In this document: piece after piece, positions 1 to 9,796 of the stretch
Numbering within the stretch: position 1 is the stretch's first letter
Layout: every line of letters starts with the position of its first letter
From: Bacillota bacterium
GTDB taxonomy: Bacteria; Bacillota; Halanaerobiia; B1SED10-174
Assembly: GCA_007122335.1 (NCBI GenBank)
Contig: SKTZ01000092.1
Span: 285-64,284 of the forward strand
Length of the DNA: 64,000 bases
Direction of reading: 5' to 3'
Notes under the pieces: generated by a model
What the model was told of the DNA's origin: nothing
Seen by the model: the letters and a program-made list of their open reading frames with translations, nothing else
The model's database searches: none
Program-made: the position numbers and the translations under genes

Positions 1-1755
1 AAGGAGGTGGGTGGCATAACCTTTGGCGGACTGATTTTTCCCCCCAAAATCTTTGCAGATTTTTTCAAATTTTTCTTTTAAATTTGCTTTTTCCAGTTCA
101 CGTTGAAAAAACCGCTGATCTGGAGGCCCGGGAACAAGGCGTTTGGGTAGTAGTTTTTCTCTGGAGAAATTTCTGGACTTTTCTTTTTCAGCAAGGGGAG
201 CGAAAGAAAGGGCAATCTGCCGCAGGCTTTCTATGTATTTTGTTGTATCGAATGTTTCCTTGAATCTATTTAAATCCTGGAGATGTTCGAGTTTTTTTTC
301 GAGCAGCCAGTCCAATTTTTTATCTGTCAGTTGGCCTCCTGATAGCCGGGAGCTGATCTCCGCGGCAAAGGAGGCAAACATTTGCTTAGCGAGGAATTCG
401 AGACCAGCAGGATCCAAAGCTGCAAGAAAGGAGGCATAAGTTGCTGCGATGCACCCTACATTATGGAGCATAAGAGGGTCAATTGTCCCGGGCTGATCAG
501 CGTCAGTGTGGTAGTGGCGGTCCGGCCACTGAATCAGCATCGGGCAGGGAATATCAACGGTAGGGTCGGAGAGGATGTAATGATCGCTCCCGCCGGAAAA
601 GGGAAGGGTTCGCCAGGTGAAACCCGGAAAACTGGCAGTCTGGTAGGGATTCTGGGCTTTATGGAAATAGGGGTTTTTCAGTATGGACTGCAGGAGGTCT
701 GCTCCCCAGGAAGCTGAAGCGAGGGGAGGGTTTTCCACAATAAGAGACCCTCCGCCTACTTCCTGTTTTTGCCCTACCATATCCAGGTTTAGGGCTGCAA
801 GAATTCGGGGTGAATTATTAACCCGAGAGGCAAGGTAAGCATAAGTTCCAGTCATCTCAGGAACCCAGAGCAACCTGATACTGTATTTCAGAGGGGGTAT
901 TTCCCCCGAACCCAACAATTTTTTCAGGGCGGTAGCAATTTCCAAAAGAACTGCTGACCCAGAAGCGTTATCTCCTGCGGAAGGTCTGGGATGGCAGAGA
1001 TGGGCGATAAGAAGAATTTCTTCTTCTTTTTCCCCGGGAAAGAGGAGGCTCAGATTTTCAAAGTTCCCGCTGTAAAAACTGGTTTTGGCAAAACCCCGGG
1101 CGGAAACTTTTTCTCCTTTTTCCAGTTTGGCCCGGATTTTTTTGCCCTGGGCAGGGGTCAGGACGAATCCAGGGGGATTTTCATTTTCGTTTAGACCCCA
1201 GAAAGAAGTATACTGTCGGTTATGGGGCAAGCCCCCCTCTTCCCGTACCGGAGGCAAAGCGGGCATTCCATCGTAGATAATGCCCAACCCCTTTTCTTTA
1301 ATGACTTTGCTGCGGACGGTTTCAGGTGCTGCTCTGGTCAACAACCATTTACCCTTGATCGGAGGAAGCTCATCCTTTTTATCCCCTCTAACAATGGGGC
1401 CTTCTGCTCCCTGAGGGGGAGTTGAGCCAAGCCTTTGGATGACAGATAATTCACTGTGTTCATAGTCCGCCAGGATTTCAGTCTCTTTTTCCTGGATCAA
1501 CTCGAGCCTGGCTTTAGAGGCTTTCCACTCCAGCAAGGCCTGACTGGCCAAGAAACGGGATTTGCCGTCGGCAGGGTAGGAAATAATATCGGCCTGGAGA
1601 CCATTTTGGGCCAGTATCTCCTGGCAGGTTATGGCGGCGTCCCTAAATCCAGGGCTGGCCTGGATCCTGTGGTGCTGGACGATCAGGTTTAGGTAACGGA
1701 AGGTTCTTTCTCCAGAAATTTCCCGGGAGAATAGTTTTAAAAATTTTTTGTCCAT
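1..1755 (-). CDS. M28-type aminopeptidase-like protein (DUF4910-like); 3-prime end lies beyond the window edge
   Basis: My minus-strand translation from ATG at 1755 (GGAGAAAAG upstream) stays open to position 1. It contains IAHLCHPRPSAGDNASGSAVLLEIA, LNLDMVGQ and GGSDHY, which resemble M28 metallopeptidase motifs. The short + strand ORFs listed here are shadow ORFs. Confidence 0.6.
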   Translation of the reverse strand, partial: MDKKFLKLFSREISGERTFRYLNLIVQHHRIQASPGFRDAAITCQEILAQNGLQADIISYPADGKSRFLASQALLEWKASKARLELIQEKETEILADYEHSELSVIQRLGSTPPQGAEGPIVRGDKKDELPPIKGKWLLTRAAPETVRSKVIKEKGLGIIYDGMPALPPVREEGGLPHNRQYTSFWGLNENENPPGFVLTPAQGKKIRAKLEKGEKVSARGFAKTSFYSGNFENLSLLFPGEKEEEILLIAHLCHPRPSAGDNASGSAVLLEIATALKKLLGSGEIPPLKYSIRLLWVPEMTGTYAYLASRVNNSPRILAALNLDMVGQKQEVGGGSLIVENPPLASASWGADLLQSILKNPYFHKAQNPYQTASFPGFTWRTLPFSGGSDHYILSDPTVDIPCPMLIQWPDRHYHTDADQPGTIDPLMLHNVGCIAATYASFLAALDPAGLEFLAKQMFASFAAEISSRLSGGQLTDKKLDWLLEKKLEHLQDLNRFKETFDTTKYIESLRQIALSFAPLAEKEKSRNFSREKLLPKRLVPGPPDQRFFQRELEKANLKEKFEKICKDFGGKNQSAKGYATHLL

Positions 1756-1767
1756 GCTTTTCTCCTT

Positions 1768-2733
1768 TCAATCCTGGGTAGCTTTTTCCAGGATGGTTAA
1801 TTCACAGTTGTAGGCATCCATGCGGGCTTTTACCCCCAGGGGCAGGGTGGCAATATTTCGACCGTGGCCCAGAGGTAACCCGTAAAAAGCTGGAATATCA
1901 AGAGAACCAATAATATCGGCCAGAACCTCTTCTAAAATAAAGGAACCAGTGTTAAAAGAAGGGGAATGTTCGCGGGGTTTACACTTGCTGCATTCTCCCA
2001 CAACTATTCCAGCTGCTTCCTCCAACTTACCGGCGCGATAAAGTTGATGAAGCATCCCATCAATTTTATAGGGTTCCTCTCCGACCTCCTCGAAAAAGAG
2101 AATTTTTCCTCTGGTATCTATTTCGTGGGGGGTCCCCAATCCCTGGGCAATAAGCGCAAGGCAGCCTCCCACCAGGGGTCCTTCGGCATGGCCGGGATTG
2201 ATGGTATAGGTAAATGGTTCTTCCTCGGGAGCGGGAGGGATTGTCCCTATTGGCTTGGAATTCATCACTGCTTTGCGCAAACCTTCGATTATGTAGGGGT
2301 TTTGTCTTTCGGGGGCCATCTGGGAAAAAACCGGGCCGTGAAAGGTGACCAGACCAACTTCTTTTTGAATGGCCAAGTGGAGAGCAGTTATATCGCTGAA
2401 CCCAATAAAAACCTTGGGGTTTTTCCGGATGATATCCCAGTCCAGAAATTCCAGGATGCGGGCTGATCCATAACCGCCTTTAATGGCCATGATTCCATTG
2501 ATATTTCCCCGGGAAAAAAATTCGTTAAGATCTTCCGCCCTGTCCCTGTCGCTTCCGGCGAGATAGCCGTTTTTCTTCCAGAGGTTGGGGGCGGGAACCG
2601 CTTTTATACCAAGGTTTACTAACGCAGCAGCAGCGCGATAATAGTTTTGCCTGGAGCGGTGGGGGCTTGAAGGGGCACATATTCCCATGGTATCGCCGGG
2701 GTTTAGTTTTTTGGGCTTAATCAGTGTATTCAT
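1768..2733 (-). CDS. LD-carboxypeptidase (peptidase S66, LdcA/MccF family)
   Basis: The ORF 1768..2742 contains GFSDITALH and a GHG motif near the C-terminus. The GTG at 2742 lies inside the SD GAGGTGGA, so the ATG at 2733 (MNTLIKPKKL...) is the likely start. Confidence 0.85.
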   Translation of the reverse strand: MNTLIKPKKLNPGDTMGICAPSSPHRSRQNYYRAAAALVNLGIKAVPAPNLWKKNGYLAGSDRDRAEDLNEFFSRGNINGIMAIKGGYGSARILEFLDWDIIRKNPKVFIGFSDITALHLAIQKEVGLVTFHGPVFSQMAPERQNPYIIEGLRKAVMNSKPIGTIPPAPEEEPFTYTINPGHAEGPLVGGCLALIAQGLGTPHEIDTRGKILFFEEVGEEPYKIDGMLHQLYRAGKLEEAAGIVVGECSKCKPREHSPSFNTGSFILEEVLADIIGSLDIPAFYGLPLGHGRNIATLPLGVKARMDAYNCELTILEKATQD

Positions 2734-2841
2734 TTTATCCACCTCTACTTTGTCGAATTAAATGGAACTTCGATAAGCAGCCGGCCTTCTCCTTTGGAAA
2801 GCCAGTTTTTTGTGGTATTATGAGGTAAATAATTCAAAAAA

Positions 2842-4275
2842 ATGGGGGCGGTTAAAATGGAAAAGATGCGGAGGGAGAAGGATAGCCTGGGAGAAATGGA
2901 AGTTCCTGCAGAGGTTTACTGGGGTATTCAAACCCAGCGGGCAGTTGAAAATTTTGCCTTCAGCTCAAATACTCTTCCCGTTGGGCTGATCAAAGCATTG
3001 GGCCTGGTAAAACTTGCTGCCGTCAGGTCCAACCTTGAGCTGGGATTGTTGGAAGAAAAGCAGGCCAGGGCAATTATTACTGCCGCAGAGGAGGTAATTG
3101 AAGGCAGGTTTAATGACCAGTTTCCAGTAGATATTTTCCAGACCGGCTCGGGAACCTCGTCCAACATGAATATAAATGAGGTTATAGCCAATCGGGCCAA
3201 TGAAATTTTAGGTGCTGAACTTGGTAAATATTCCCCCGTTCATCCCAACGACCATGTTAACCTGGGGCAATCCAGCAATGATGTTTTCCCTACTGCAATT
3301 CACCTGGCGGTTTTAGAAGCCCTGGAGGAAAGGTTTTTCCCTGCTCTTGAAAATCTGAGAACTATGTTAAAAGAAAAAGCAGGGGATCTGGAAAAAATCG
3401 TCAAACTGGGGCGGACGCACTACCAGGATGCGGTTCCGGTGACCCTGGGCCAGGAATTCTCTGGTTTCACCGGAATGATTGAGAAAAGCCTGCGGCGCCT
3501 GGAAAATGCCGGCGAAGCTTTACTGGAAGTTCCCCTGGGTGGAACTGCAGTTGGAACGGGTTTAAACAGCCATTACCGTTTTGCAGGTCTGGCGGTTGGA
3601 TATCTCCAGGAATTAACCGGTCTACCACTTCGGGAAGCAAATAACCACTTTGAAGCTCAAGGAGCCCGGGAGGATCTTCTGGAAATGAGTTCTGCCCTGA
3701 AGAATCTGGCGGTAAGCTTGAGAAAAATTGTAGATGATATCCGTGTGATGGCCGCTGGACCCAATGGAGGCCCGGGAGAAATTAACCTGCCCCAGCTGCA
3801 ACCCGGTTCTTCGATTATGCCGGGCAAGGTTAACCCTGTCCTGGCCGAAGCTCTGGCCCAGATTTCTGCACGGGTAATAGGTAATGACCTGGGAGTAACG
3901 GTGGGAGGGTTTGGGGGCCAGCTGGAGTTAAACCTTATGATGCCGTTAATGGCACATAATATTCTAGAATCCAGCGAACTTTTGGAAAAAGGTTGCGAAA
4001 GGTTCGCGGAAAAATGCGTTAAAGGGATTACAGCAAATCCCGATCGCTGCCGGGAACTTGTGGAGTTAAGCCCGGGGCTTGCAACTGCTCTCGTTCCCAT
4101 TATTGGCTATGAACAGGCTGCGGCCATAGCCCAGGAAGCAGCAAAAAGGAAAATCAAGGTCATAGATCTCCTTATAGAAAAAAAACACTTTTCCAACCAG
4201 CAGCTAAAATCCCTTCTGGATCCCATTAATTTAGCCTTCCCCCACCAGGGAAAAAAGCAGGAAAATCGGGGTTGA
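2842..4275 (+). CDS. fumC: Class II fumarate hydratase (fumarase/aspartase superfamily lyase)
   Basis: Carries GSSIMPGKVNP, QTGSGTSSNMNINEVIANRA and GQSSNDVFPTAIH, which are closer to FumC than to AspA. An aspartase assignment is not fully excluded. An alternative start is the ATG at 2857, which follows GGGGGCGG. Confidence 0.7.
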   Translation: MGAVKMEKMRREKDSLGEMEVPAEVYWGIQTQRAVENFAFSSNTLPVGLIKALGLVKLAAVRSNLELGLLEEKQARAIITAAEEVIEGRFNDQFPVDIFQTGSGTSSNMNINEVIANRANEILGAELGKYSPVHPNDHVNLGQSSNDVFPTAIHLAVLEALEERFFPALENLRTMLKEKAGDLEKIVKLGRTHYQDAVPVTLGQEFSGFTGMIEKSLRRLENAGEALLEVPLGGTAVGTGLNSHYRFAGLAVGYLQELTGLPLREANNHFEAQGAREDLLEMSSALKNLAVSLRKIVDDIRVMAAGPNGGPGEINLPQLQPGSSIMPGKVNPVLAEALAQISARVIGNDLGVTVGGFGGQLELNLMMPLMAHNILESSELLEKGCERFAEKCVKGITANPDRCRELVELSPGLATALVPIIGYEQAAAIAQEAAKRKIKVIDLLIEKKHFSNQQLKSLLDPINLAFPHQGKKQENRG

Positions 4276-4335
4276 CGCTGAAATTTTTTAAATATAGGCC
4301 AACTGTTTCAGTGCTTTATTAAGGAGGTAAAATCA

Positions 4336-5262
4336 ATGTCAAAAAAAATGTTTTTGCTTATTCTTTTATCGGTTTCTCTACTTTTTTCCGCATGTGGGGG
4401 AGAGGAAGAAGCAAAAGGCCCGGTTACTGTTGCATCTAAAATTGACACCGAGGGGGCTCTTTTGGGGCAGATGATAATCCTGGCCCTAGAGAATGAGGGG
4501 TTTGAAGTGAACGACCGGACGGAATTTGGACCGACCAATGTAATAAGGCAGGCCATAATCAATGATGAAATAGATCTGTATCCGGAATATACCGGCAATG
4601 GTGGTTTCTTTTTTAGCGATACTGATCCCGAAATCTGGAAGGATGCCCAGAAGGGTTATGAAACTGTTAGGGACCTGGACCGGGAGGCCAATGGACTGGT
4701 TTGGCTTGAGCCTGCAACAGCCAACAATACCTGGGCTATAGCTGTCCGGGGTGATGTGGCAGAAGAAAATAACCTGGTTTCATTGGAAGATATGGGCCGC
4801 TATGTAAACGAAGGTGGGAGGGTTAAACTTGCTGCCTCGGAAGAATTTGTTACCCGAGTGGATGCACTACCCGCCTTTGAAGAGGCTTACGGATTTAATC
4901 TGACACAGGACCAGCTCTTGATTTTTGCAGGAGGCAATACCGCCCAGACAATCCAGGCCGCTGGAGAAGGAACAGATGGGGTTAATTTTGCCATGGCTTA
5001 TGGGACTGATGGGCCAGTTTCAGCTCTCGGCTTAATTGTTTTAGAAGACAGCAAGGGAGTCCAGCCAGTTTACGAACCCGCTCCCCTGGTCCGGGAGGCA
5101 ATCCTTGAAGAATATCCTGAAATTGAAGAAATCCTCCAGCCGGTTTTTGCCTCCCTCAATCTGGAAACCCTGCAGAGGATGAACGCCGCTATTGCCCTTG
5201 AAGGCCGTGACGCAAGGGCAGTAGCAAGAGAACATTTGGAAGCAGAAGGGTTAATAGATTGA
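4336..5262 (+). CDS. Glycine betaine/osmoprotectant ABC transporter substrate-binding lipoprotein (OpuBC/OpuCC-like)
   Basis: Preceded by the SD AAGGAGGT. Signal peptide with lipobox LLFSAC. The fold resembles OpuAC-type binding proteins, and the gene is followed by two Opu-type permease genes. Confidence 0.75.
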   Translation: MSKKMFLLILLSVSLLFSACGGEEEAKGPVTVASKIDTEGALLGQMIILALENEGFEVNDRTEFGPTNVIRQAIINDEIDLYPEYTGNGGFFFSDTDPEIWKDAQKGYETVRDLDREANGLVWLEPATANNTWAIAVRGDVAEENNLVSLEDMGRYVNEGGRVKLAASEEFVTRVDALPAFEEAYGFNLTQDQLLIFAGGNTAQTIQAAGEGTDGVNFAMAYGTDGPVSALGLIVLEDSKGVQPVYEPAPLVREAILEEYPEIEEILQPVFASLNLETLQRMNAAIALEGRDARAVAREHLEAEGLID

Positions 5263-5273
5263 TTTAAACGGAG

Positions 5274-6482
5274 GTGGTGGGTTTGATCCGGATTTATATT
5301 GACCGGGTAGCAATGCTCGGTGTAATTACTGGCTTGCTTTCCTTTTCTTTGCCCTTTCTCCGGATTAAACCCAGCCGCCTTGCGGGAGGAACTCCTGCCG
5401 GCTGGGAAGAAAGCCTTCCGGGAGCAGCTTTGTTTCTCCTGGTAGTTGTGTGGATAATGATTGGCCTTTTAAGCCTGGTCAGCCGGGGGGATTCCCGGGC
5501 TGCTTTTGGAGCAGGTATAGGAGCCAATTTAATCATATTATTACTGTTTTTCTGGGCTGGTTTTCAATCGGGTATTTTGCTTCCTGAAGAGTATACTTTT
5601 GGCCGGGTTTCCCTGGGTGCGGGTTTTTGGGTAATGGTTTTGGGGGCCTACCTGGTCATTCTTGCTGCCCGCAAGGTTTGGAGCGGGAATAACTGGCAAA
5701 CCTGGCTTTTATCCTGGTCTGCCCTCGCAGGAGTTTTTATCCTGATAACCGGTGGAGGTTTGAGTGGAATTTCTGTAATGGAAGAGTTGAGTATCAGGCA
5801 GAACCGCTTCCGTCAGGAATTTTTCAATCATCTTTTTATATCTTTTTCAGCTGTTGGGATAGCAACTGCAGTGGGAATGCCCCTGGGGATCTTTATTTAC
5901 CGGAGAAAGACCTGGGAAAGGCCTGTTTTCTTTTTGACCAATACGATGCAAACCGTTCCTGCCCTTGCACTTTTCGGTTTGCTTATTGGTCCCCTGGCCT
6001 TCTTTTCGCAGAGATTTCCTTTTCTCAGAGAACTGGGAATTGGCGGTATTGGCTGGTTCCCGGCCATGGTTGCCTTAATTCTTTATGCTCTTTTGCCAAT
6101 TCTCCGGAACACCTACACTTCTTTCCAGGTGCTTGATGAAAAAACAGTTGAGGCCGGCAGAGGAATGGGAATGAATTCCCGCCAGCTGTTATTCCAGATC
6201 CAACTTCCGCTGGCCATGCCCTTGATTTTAACCGGGATTCGAACTTCACTTGTTCAAACAATCGGCAATACCACCCTTGCGGCGTTAATCGGAGCGGGGG
6301 GATTTGGAGTTTTCGTTTTCCAGGGCCTGGGGCAGGCTGCCCACGACCTTATTCTCCTTGGGGTTTTCCCGGTTATTGCCCTGGCATTAATAGCTGATAA
6401 ATTAATGCAGCAGTTAACCATTCGCCTCACTCCCCGGGGAATTATCAAAGAAGAGAGGGGGAATGAGGATGGCTGGCAGTAA
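5274..6482 (+). CDS. ABC transporter permease (OpuCB/OpuBB-like) with a roughly 190-aa N-terminal multi-TM extension
   Basis: The C-terminal half has the BPD permease EAA-type loop EAGRGMGMNSRQLLFQIQLPLAMP. The N-terminal half is hydrophobic with no recognisable motif. Confidence 0.8.
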   Translation: MVGLIRIYIDRVAMLGVITGLLSFSLPFLRIKPSRLAGGTPAGWEESLPGAALFLLVVVWIMIGLLSLVSRGDSRAAFGAGIGANLIILLLFFWAGFQSGILLPEEYTFGRVSLGAGFWVMVLGAYLVILAARKVWSGNNWQTWLLSWSALAGVFILITGGGLSGISVMEELSIRQNRFRQEFFNHLFISFSAVGIATAVGMPLGIFIYRRKTWERPVFFLTNTMQTVPALALFGLLIGPLAFFSQRFPFLRELGIGGIGWFPAMVALILYALLPILRNTYTSFQVLDEKTVEAGRGMGMNSRQLLFQIQLPLAMPLILTGIRTSLVQTIGNTTLAALIGAGGFGVFVFQGLGQAAHDLILLGVFPVIALALIADKLMQQLTIRLTPRGIIKEERGNEDGWQ

Positions 6483-7212
6483 GGTTCGCTGGGTTTATCT
6501 GTTGGGACTTGTTTTATTTTTCATCTTCATCCTTGTCAATCCTGCCCCTCTGGAATGGTTTTTAAAAGTGCTTTTTCCCCGTGAAACCGTGCACATTTAC
6601 CAGCGGATTCCGGGAACTGTTCTGGTCCGCCAGCACCTGGCAATGGTTTTAATTTCAACCCTGATCGCCTTTGGGGTTGGTTTTCCCCTGGGAGTTTTTG
6701 TAACCCGCAGGGCTGGTAGAGATTTTCTGCCCGCAGTTAATGACCTGATTTCCCTTGCCCAGACCTTTCCTCCTATTGCAGTCCTTGCACTGGCGGTTCC
6801 CATGCTGGGTTTTGGTTTTCGCCCGACAATTCTTGCCCTTTTCCTTTACAGCATCCTGCCCATAGTTCGGAACACAGTTGCTGGTCTGGAATCAGTTCCA
6901 GAAGAGGTTTTTGACGCTGCCCGGGGAATGGGAATGAATGCCCGGCAGAGATTTTCCCAGGTGGAATTACCCCTGGCCAGCAGGATTATCCTGGCGGGCC
7001 TCCGGATTGCGGTCATAATAAATATTGGGACTGCAACAGCAGGGAGTGTAATTGGTGCTGGAGGATTGGGTGTCCCTATCGTAGCCGGCCTGGTCTGGAA
7101 TAATCCTGCCCTGGTAATGGGAGGAGCAATTCAGGCGGCCCTGCTTGCCCTTATCTTTGACCAGTTTATTGGGTTAATTGATAACACTTTCCTGGCCAAA
7201 TTTGAAAGATAG
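6463..7212 (+). CDS. ABC transporter permease (OpuCD/OpuBD-like)
   Basis: Contains DAARGMGMNARQRFSQVELPLA and several TM segments. It overlaps the preceding permease gene. Confidence 0.8.
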   Translation: MRMAGSKVRWVYLLGLVLFFIFILVNPAPLEWFLKVLFPRETVHIYQRIPGTVLVRQHLAMVLISTLIAFGVGFPLGVFVTRRAGRDFLPAVNDLISLAQTFPPIAVLALAVPMLGFGFRPTILALFLYSILPIVRNTVAGLESVPEEVFDAARGMGMNARQRFSQVELPLASRIILAGLRIAVIINIGTATAGSVIGAGGLGVPIVAGLVWNNPALVMGGAIQAALLALIFDQFIGLIDNTFLAKFER

Positions 7213-7223
7213 GAGGGGATTTT

Positions 7224-7979
7224 TTGAACTACTTTATTATCACCGGGACTTCAAGAGGGATTGGTGCGGCACTTTCTGAGCGGCTGCTCAGAGAAGGAAA
7301 TTATCTATTCAGCATATCTCGAGGAGATAATCAGAACCTCAAAGAAATCGCAGCTTCCCGGGGAGCAAAATTAACCCATTTTAGCTTTGACCTGGGCCAA
7401 ATCTCTGCCATAAAAGGGCTTATGGAAAAAATATTTGCTGAAATTGACCTGAATTCTGCAGAAGGAGTTTTTCTGGTCAACAACGCCGGAACAATAGAAC
7501 CCGTGGGTCCGCTCCCCCAGAATGATCCCGGTTCGATCCAGGATGGCTTTAATGTCAACCTCCTTGCCCCGGTTTTATTAACCAGATTTTTTATTGAAAT
7601 GGTTCAGACCTGGCGGGGAACAAAAAGGGTAATTAATATTACTTCAGGGGCGGCCCAGAGGCCGGTTTTTGGCTGGTCAACATACTGTTCTTCGAAAGCG
7701 GGTATTGATATGTTTACCCGCTGTGTTACAACCGAACAGGAGGGAGAGGAATTCCCCGTACAGATTTGTGCCCTGGCCCCGGGTGTTGTTGATACCCAGA
7801 TGCAGGCTCAGATCAGGGAAAGAGGGGAAGATGAATTCAGGGATGTCCAGAAATTTATCAACTACAAAAAGGAAAACAAATTGCTGCCGCCAGAGGAAGT
7901 GGCCCGGGTGATTTCGTGGTTATTATTAAGCGATGATTTTCCGGCGGGAATTATAACCCGGATCGATGAATTTATTTAG
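7224..7979 (+). CDS. Short-chain dehydrogenase/reductase (SDR; YueD/sepiapterin-reductase-like)
   Basis: TTG start after the SD AGGAGGGG. Contains ITGTSRGIG (TGxxxGxG), NNAG and YCSSKAG (YxxxK). Confidence 0.8.
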   Translation: MNYFIITGTSRGIGAALSERLLREGNYLFSISRGDNQNLKEIAASRGAKLTHFSFDLGQISAIKGLMEKIFAEIDLNSAEGVFLVNNAGTIEPVGPLPQNDPGSIQDGFNVNLLAPVLLTRFFIEMVQTWRGTKRVINITSGAAQRPVFGWSTYCSSKAGIDMFTRCVTTEQEGEEFPVQICALAPGVVDTQMQAQIRERGEDEFRDVQKFINYKKENKLLPPEEVARVISWLLLSDDFPAGIITRIDEFI

Positions 7980-7999
7980 AAGGAACTGGAGGTTGAAAA

Positions 8000-8740
8000 A
8001 TGACTGAAAATATTGGGTGCAAATTTATGATGGAAACCCAGATTAGGAGGCTCAGCCTGTCCGATCAAATGAAAGGCATGGAGCAGCCACCTCAAACCAA
8101 AGGAATGGGGAGAACAGAACAAACTGTATTCCTTCCAGACCCGGAAAACCTTGAGATTAAAGATAAAAGCCTATTTGCAACTATCAGGGATCGGAGGAGC
8201 ATAAGGAAATATAACGATGAACCCCTGACTCTTCCCGAATTAACCTTTTTGCTCTGGACAACTCAGGGTGTTATCAGGGAAATGGGTAATGCGACCCTTA
8301 GAACAGTCCCTTCTGCAGGAGCAAGGCATGCTCTAGAAACATACCTGCTTGTCAACCGGGTTGATCCCCTGGCGCCGGGTCTTTATCGTTACCACCCCCC
8401 TGAACATATCCTGATTCAGGAAAAAAAGGATGACCAGTTAGCCGAACCAATGACCCAAGCCTGCCTGGGCCAGAAAATGATTTCAACCAGCGCAGTTACT
8501 TTTATCTGGACAGGTATTCCCTACCGGATGAACTGGCGTTACGGGGAAAGGGGTTATCGGTACCTGCACCTTGATGCAGGTCATGTTTGCCAGAACCTTT
8601 ACCTTGCTGCCCAAGCCCTAGGGTGTGGGGTCTGTGCCATTGGTGCTTACGATGACGAGGAGGTACACCGTTTGCTTGGTGTTGATGGGGTGGAAGAGCT
8701 TGTTATTTACATGGCTACAGTAGGGAAAAAGGAAGGATGA
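8000..8740 (+). CDS. SagB/ThcOx-family (nitroreductase-fold) dehydrogenase
   Basis: Contains RRSIRKY..., LTxxELxFLLW, RTVPSAGARHALETYL and GLYRY, which matches the SagB-type pattern. GGAGG lies 8 nt upstream of the ATG. Confidence 0.7.
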   Translation: MTENIGCKFMMETQIRRLSLSDQMKGMEQPPQTKGMGRTEQTVFLPDPENLEIKDKSLFATIRDRRSIRKYNDEPLTLPELTFLLWTTQGVIREMGNATLRTVPSAGARHALETYLLVNRVDPLAPGLYRYHPPEHILIQEKKDDQLAEPMTQACLGQKMISTSAVTFIWTGIPYRMNWRYGERGYRYLHLDAGHVCQNLYLAAQALGCGVCAIGAYDDEEVHRLLGVDGVEELVIYMATVGKKEG

Positions 8741-8750
8741 GGAGAAGCTC

Positions 8751-9626
8751 ATGGTAAAATTTCTCGGGGTTATATTTTTGTTGGTGGTTTTAACTTTTCC
8801 TGCCCTTGCAGGAGAAGGGATCCTTTATTTAAATAGTGGGGAGCTGAAACAGGGAGAGCTTTTGGTGTTAAAAGTTGAGACCACAGAACATGCCCCTACC
8901 GGAACTTTCCGGGGAGTTAATCTTCATTTTATCCCCTGGGAAATGGGCTGGGTGGCTTTTTTCGGGATTTCGTACTGGACCCAGCCGGGAGATTACCAAT
9001 TGAAAATTCATCTGGGTGAAAAGGAAATTACCAGGACTATTGTGGTTCTGGATGGAGATTTTTCGGAAAGCCATCTTACGGTTTCAGAGGAGCAGGAAAA
9101 ATTGATCCGTCCCAGCGAAGAAGATAAAGAGATAATTGAACGGCGGGGCAGAGACCAAAAGGCAGTCCAGAATGCTTATTCCAATCCAATAACAATGCCC
9201 CTCTGGGAGGAAGATTTTATACTTCCTACCACCGGGTGGAGGACGACGGGTTTTGGGCATACCCGTTATGTAAATAATGAACTTAATAATCGCCATTCGG
9301 GTATAGATATTGCCAATGAAGCAGGGACCCCGATAAAAAGTGTTAACCAGGGTAAGGTTAAACTGGCCGAAGATCTTCTGGTAACAGGAAAAACAATAAT
9401 TATTGATCACGGGGGCAGGATTTTTTCCAGCTATAGCCACCTGAGCAAAATAGAAGTTGTAGTCGGCGATATGGTGGAAAGGGGACAGAAAATTGGGGAA
9501 ATGGGCAGTACGGGTTTTTCCACAGGACCCCACCTGCATTGGGTTATCAGAACCCCGGAAGCTTTTTTAGACCCGGATCAATTTGTGGGGAATGATATTT
9601 TTTCTCTTTTAGATATCCCCGAATAG
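8751..9626 (+). CDS. M23 family metallopeptidase (LytM domain), secreted
   Basis: Has a signal peptide plus the HSGIDIA and GPHLHW motifs. Confidence 0.85.
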   Translation: MVKFLGVIFLLVVLTFPALAGEGILYLNSGELKQGELLVLKVETTEHAPTGTFRGVNLHFIPWEMGWVAFFGISYWTQPGDYQLKIHLGEKEITRTIVVLDGDFSESHLTVSEEQEKLIRPSEEDKEIIERRGRDQKAVQNAYSNPITMPLWEEDFILPTTGWRTTGFGHTRYVNNELNNRHSGIDIANEAGTPIKSVNQGKVKLAEDLLVTGKTIIIDHGGRIFSSYSHLSKIEVVVGDMVERGQKIGEMGSTGFSTGPHLHWVIRTPEAFLDPDQFVGNDIFSLLDIPE

Positions 9627-9796
9627 GGATCCCGGAAAATAATATGCAGGAAAAAGTAAGCTTACGAGGAATTAGTGAATAATGTAGCAATAAACTCTTT
9701 CCTGCCTGGAATTTTTGGCGGGGAAGGGTAAATTTTTGTGAAAAGGGGAGGGAAGGCAAAAACCCAACCTGACTTTACAGGGAATGCCGCAATTCA

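Noticed and set aside
143-1692. Six short + strand ORFs (63-111 aa) at the left end of the window
   Set aside because: They are shadow ORFs opposite a single long minus-strand frame that stays open from 1755 to the window edge and carries M28-like peptidase motifs. They have low-complexity compositions and no ribosome-binding sites.
9627-9796. Possible lysine (L-box) riboswitch upstream of the LysO-family exporter
   Set aside because: I could not find the conserved L-box core motifs or a terminator/antiterminator pair in this 170-nt leader. An Rfam scan would settle it.
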